A stretch of DNA of 64,000 nt from Amphiscolops sp. MND2022. Taxonomy: Eukaryota. The DNA lies in contig OZ076409.1 in assembly GCA_964187785.1 (NCBI GenBank), positions 86,182,001-86,246,000 of the forward strand, read 5' to 3'. Both the position numbers and the translations under genes were made by a program. The notes under the pieces are model-generated. The model saw only the letters and a program-made list of their open reading frames with translations. It had not been told where the DNA came from and ran no database searches. Shown here one piece after another: positions 62,501 through 64,000 of this stretch; positions within the stretch are counted from its first letter, which is position 1; each line of letters starts with the position of its first letter.

Positions 62501-64000
62501 TGTTCAGTGAGTATCGGATGTCGCCTTAGATAGTCCGTTAGTGGAATGTTCTTGCCTGCGGTGTATTGCACATTAACATCGAAATGGCTCAGACGGTCTA
62601 ACCACCGTGTGAGTCTTGCACTGTATTGTTTATGGGCTCGATTGCGCTTTAATAATGGTTGTAACGCTTGGTGATCGGTCAGAAGGTTTATTTTTTTTCC
62701 GTATACGTAATACCTGAAATATGCGAGGCCCCATAGGACGCCTAATAATTCGAGTTCGTTTATGGCGTTTTTTCTTTCACAATCGGTGAGAAATCTGCTG
62801 GCAAAGGCTATTGGCCTGAAGTTTTCATCCTCTTTCTGCCATAGGGTAGCCCCTAGTCCGGTATTACAAGCATCAGTTGTTATGAAATTCTCTTTTTTTG
62901 GATCAAAGTGTGCTAAGCATGGTGTTTCCGTTATTTCCTTTTTTAATTGTTCGAAATCGTCATTTATTTCTTTTGTCCATTCCCATTTTGTATCTTTTTT
63001 CAGCAATCTTCTCATTCTGTCTGTTTTTTCGGATAGATTATTCAAAAATTTTGATAAGTGTTGTATCGAGCCCAGAAATGATTTCAATTCCTTGGTGTTT
63101 GTGGGTGCTTTCAATTTCGTTATCGCTTCTGTTTTATCTTTAATTGGTTTTACCCCGTTTTGGTTTATTTCGTATCCCAACCAGGTTAGTTCTTTTTTAA
63201 ACAGTTCTGTTTTTTTCTAGCTCGCTCGGTAACCGTTTTCTTGTAGTTTCGACAGTATTTCGCGTAACTCTTCTTCGTGTTCCTCTATTGTTCCGTTGGT
63301 GACACAAATGATGTCATCTAGCCAGACTGGTGTTTTGAATTCTAGGACTTTATCGATGTGTTCTTGAAACACGGTGGGAATATCCGATAGTCCGTAAAAT
63401 CCCTTTTTAAATCGGTAGAGTCCGGTAAAGTCACCGCCGATAATTGAAAACACGCAGTGACGTGACGCTTCTGGGGATAGTTTTGCCTGTCCATATGCAT
63501 AATCTAGGTCGATTTTGGACATCCATATCTCGCCATTGTTTTTTGTGTTTTTTGCGGATATTTTGCTGATTAGTTCTTCCATGTTTGGCATTGTTGCCTT
63601 TCTTTTTATGCAAGATTCGTTTAGTTTCCTTGAATCTAGTGCGATTTTTACTGATTTATCTTTTTTGATCGTTATAACCGCGGGTGAGACGAAGCAATTT
63701 TCGGTCGTTTTATCGGCTTTTTCCAGGTGTCCTTTTTCAAATAATTTTTTTAACTCGTTTTTTACGATGTTTTGGAAGTGTATGGGTACCGGTCTCCCTT
63801 TTTGTTGAATAGGTTTTGTGTCTTTTTTCAACTGAATGTCTATTGTCAGGTCTTTTATTGTGTGGTTGTTTTTGAAAAGGTTTTCAAATTCTTTGAAAAT
63901 TTTCTCACCTTTTTCGCTTGCAGTTATGTTTCGGATGATATTTGTTTCCAGATTTCCTTGTAATCCGATTTCCAGCTTGTCTAGCCAGTCCAATCTGAGA
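59598..64000 (-). mobile_element. Element C: Ty3/gypsy (Mag-like) LTR retrotransposon, truncated by the window edge
   Basis: 203-bp LTR 59598-59800 with TGTAGA...TCTACA termini; canonical PPT GAAGAGGGGGGAA at 59801-59813; pol upstream. Confidence 0.9.
60087..63993 (-). pseudogene. pol: pol of element C (RT-RNase H-IN), disrupted
   Basis: RT KIALDSRKLN, SKIDLDYAY, VWLDDII; RNase H TDAC...ELELLG...TDHQAL; integrase HNGH...CPSC, QVDFAGP, GLVERTI. Split over several ORFs. Confidence 0.93.

Overview
AT-rich, intron-bearing eukaryotic (animal-like) DNA dominated by transposable elements. The only host gene I can support is one coding exon of an SLC24/NCKX K+-dependent Na+/Ca2+ exchanger at the left edge (minus strand). 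The window holds four LTR-retrotransposon structures. Element A (19538-35106, +) is a 15.6-kb Ty3/gypsy element with 2.1-kb LTRs, a CCAAA target-site duplication (TSD) and decayed gag-pol. Element B (39457-47542, -) is a young gag-only deletion derivative with a GTTCT TSD. There is also a related solo LTR (52243-54107) plus a decayed LTR fragment, and a short-LTR gypsy element cut by the right edge. Several MITEs and Helentron/HINE-like repeats are present. Main finding: between pol and the 3' LTR, element A carries an accessory module. One part is an antisense gene of 7 coding exons and 6 GT-AG introns that I could splice by hand into one open frame of 1054 aa; it looks like a catalytically dead hAT-transposase derivative with a BED-like zinc finger. 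The other part is a sense 216-aa acidic ORF with a SUMO-interaction-like motif, arranged head-to-head with the first across a CRE/CCAAT-containing promoter-like gap. In this element lineage gag also starts 127-198 codons inside the LTR, and no polypurine tract (PPT) is visible. All protein-family calls are by-eye motif recognition; no searches were run.
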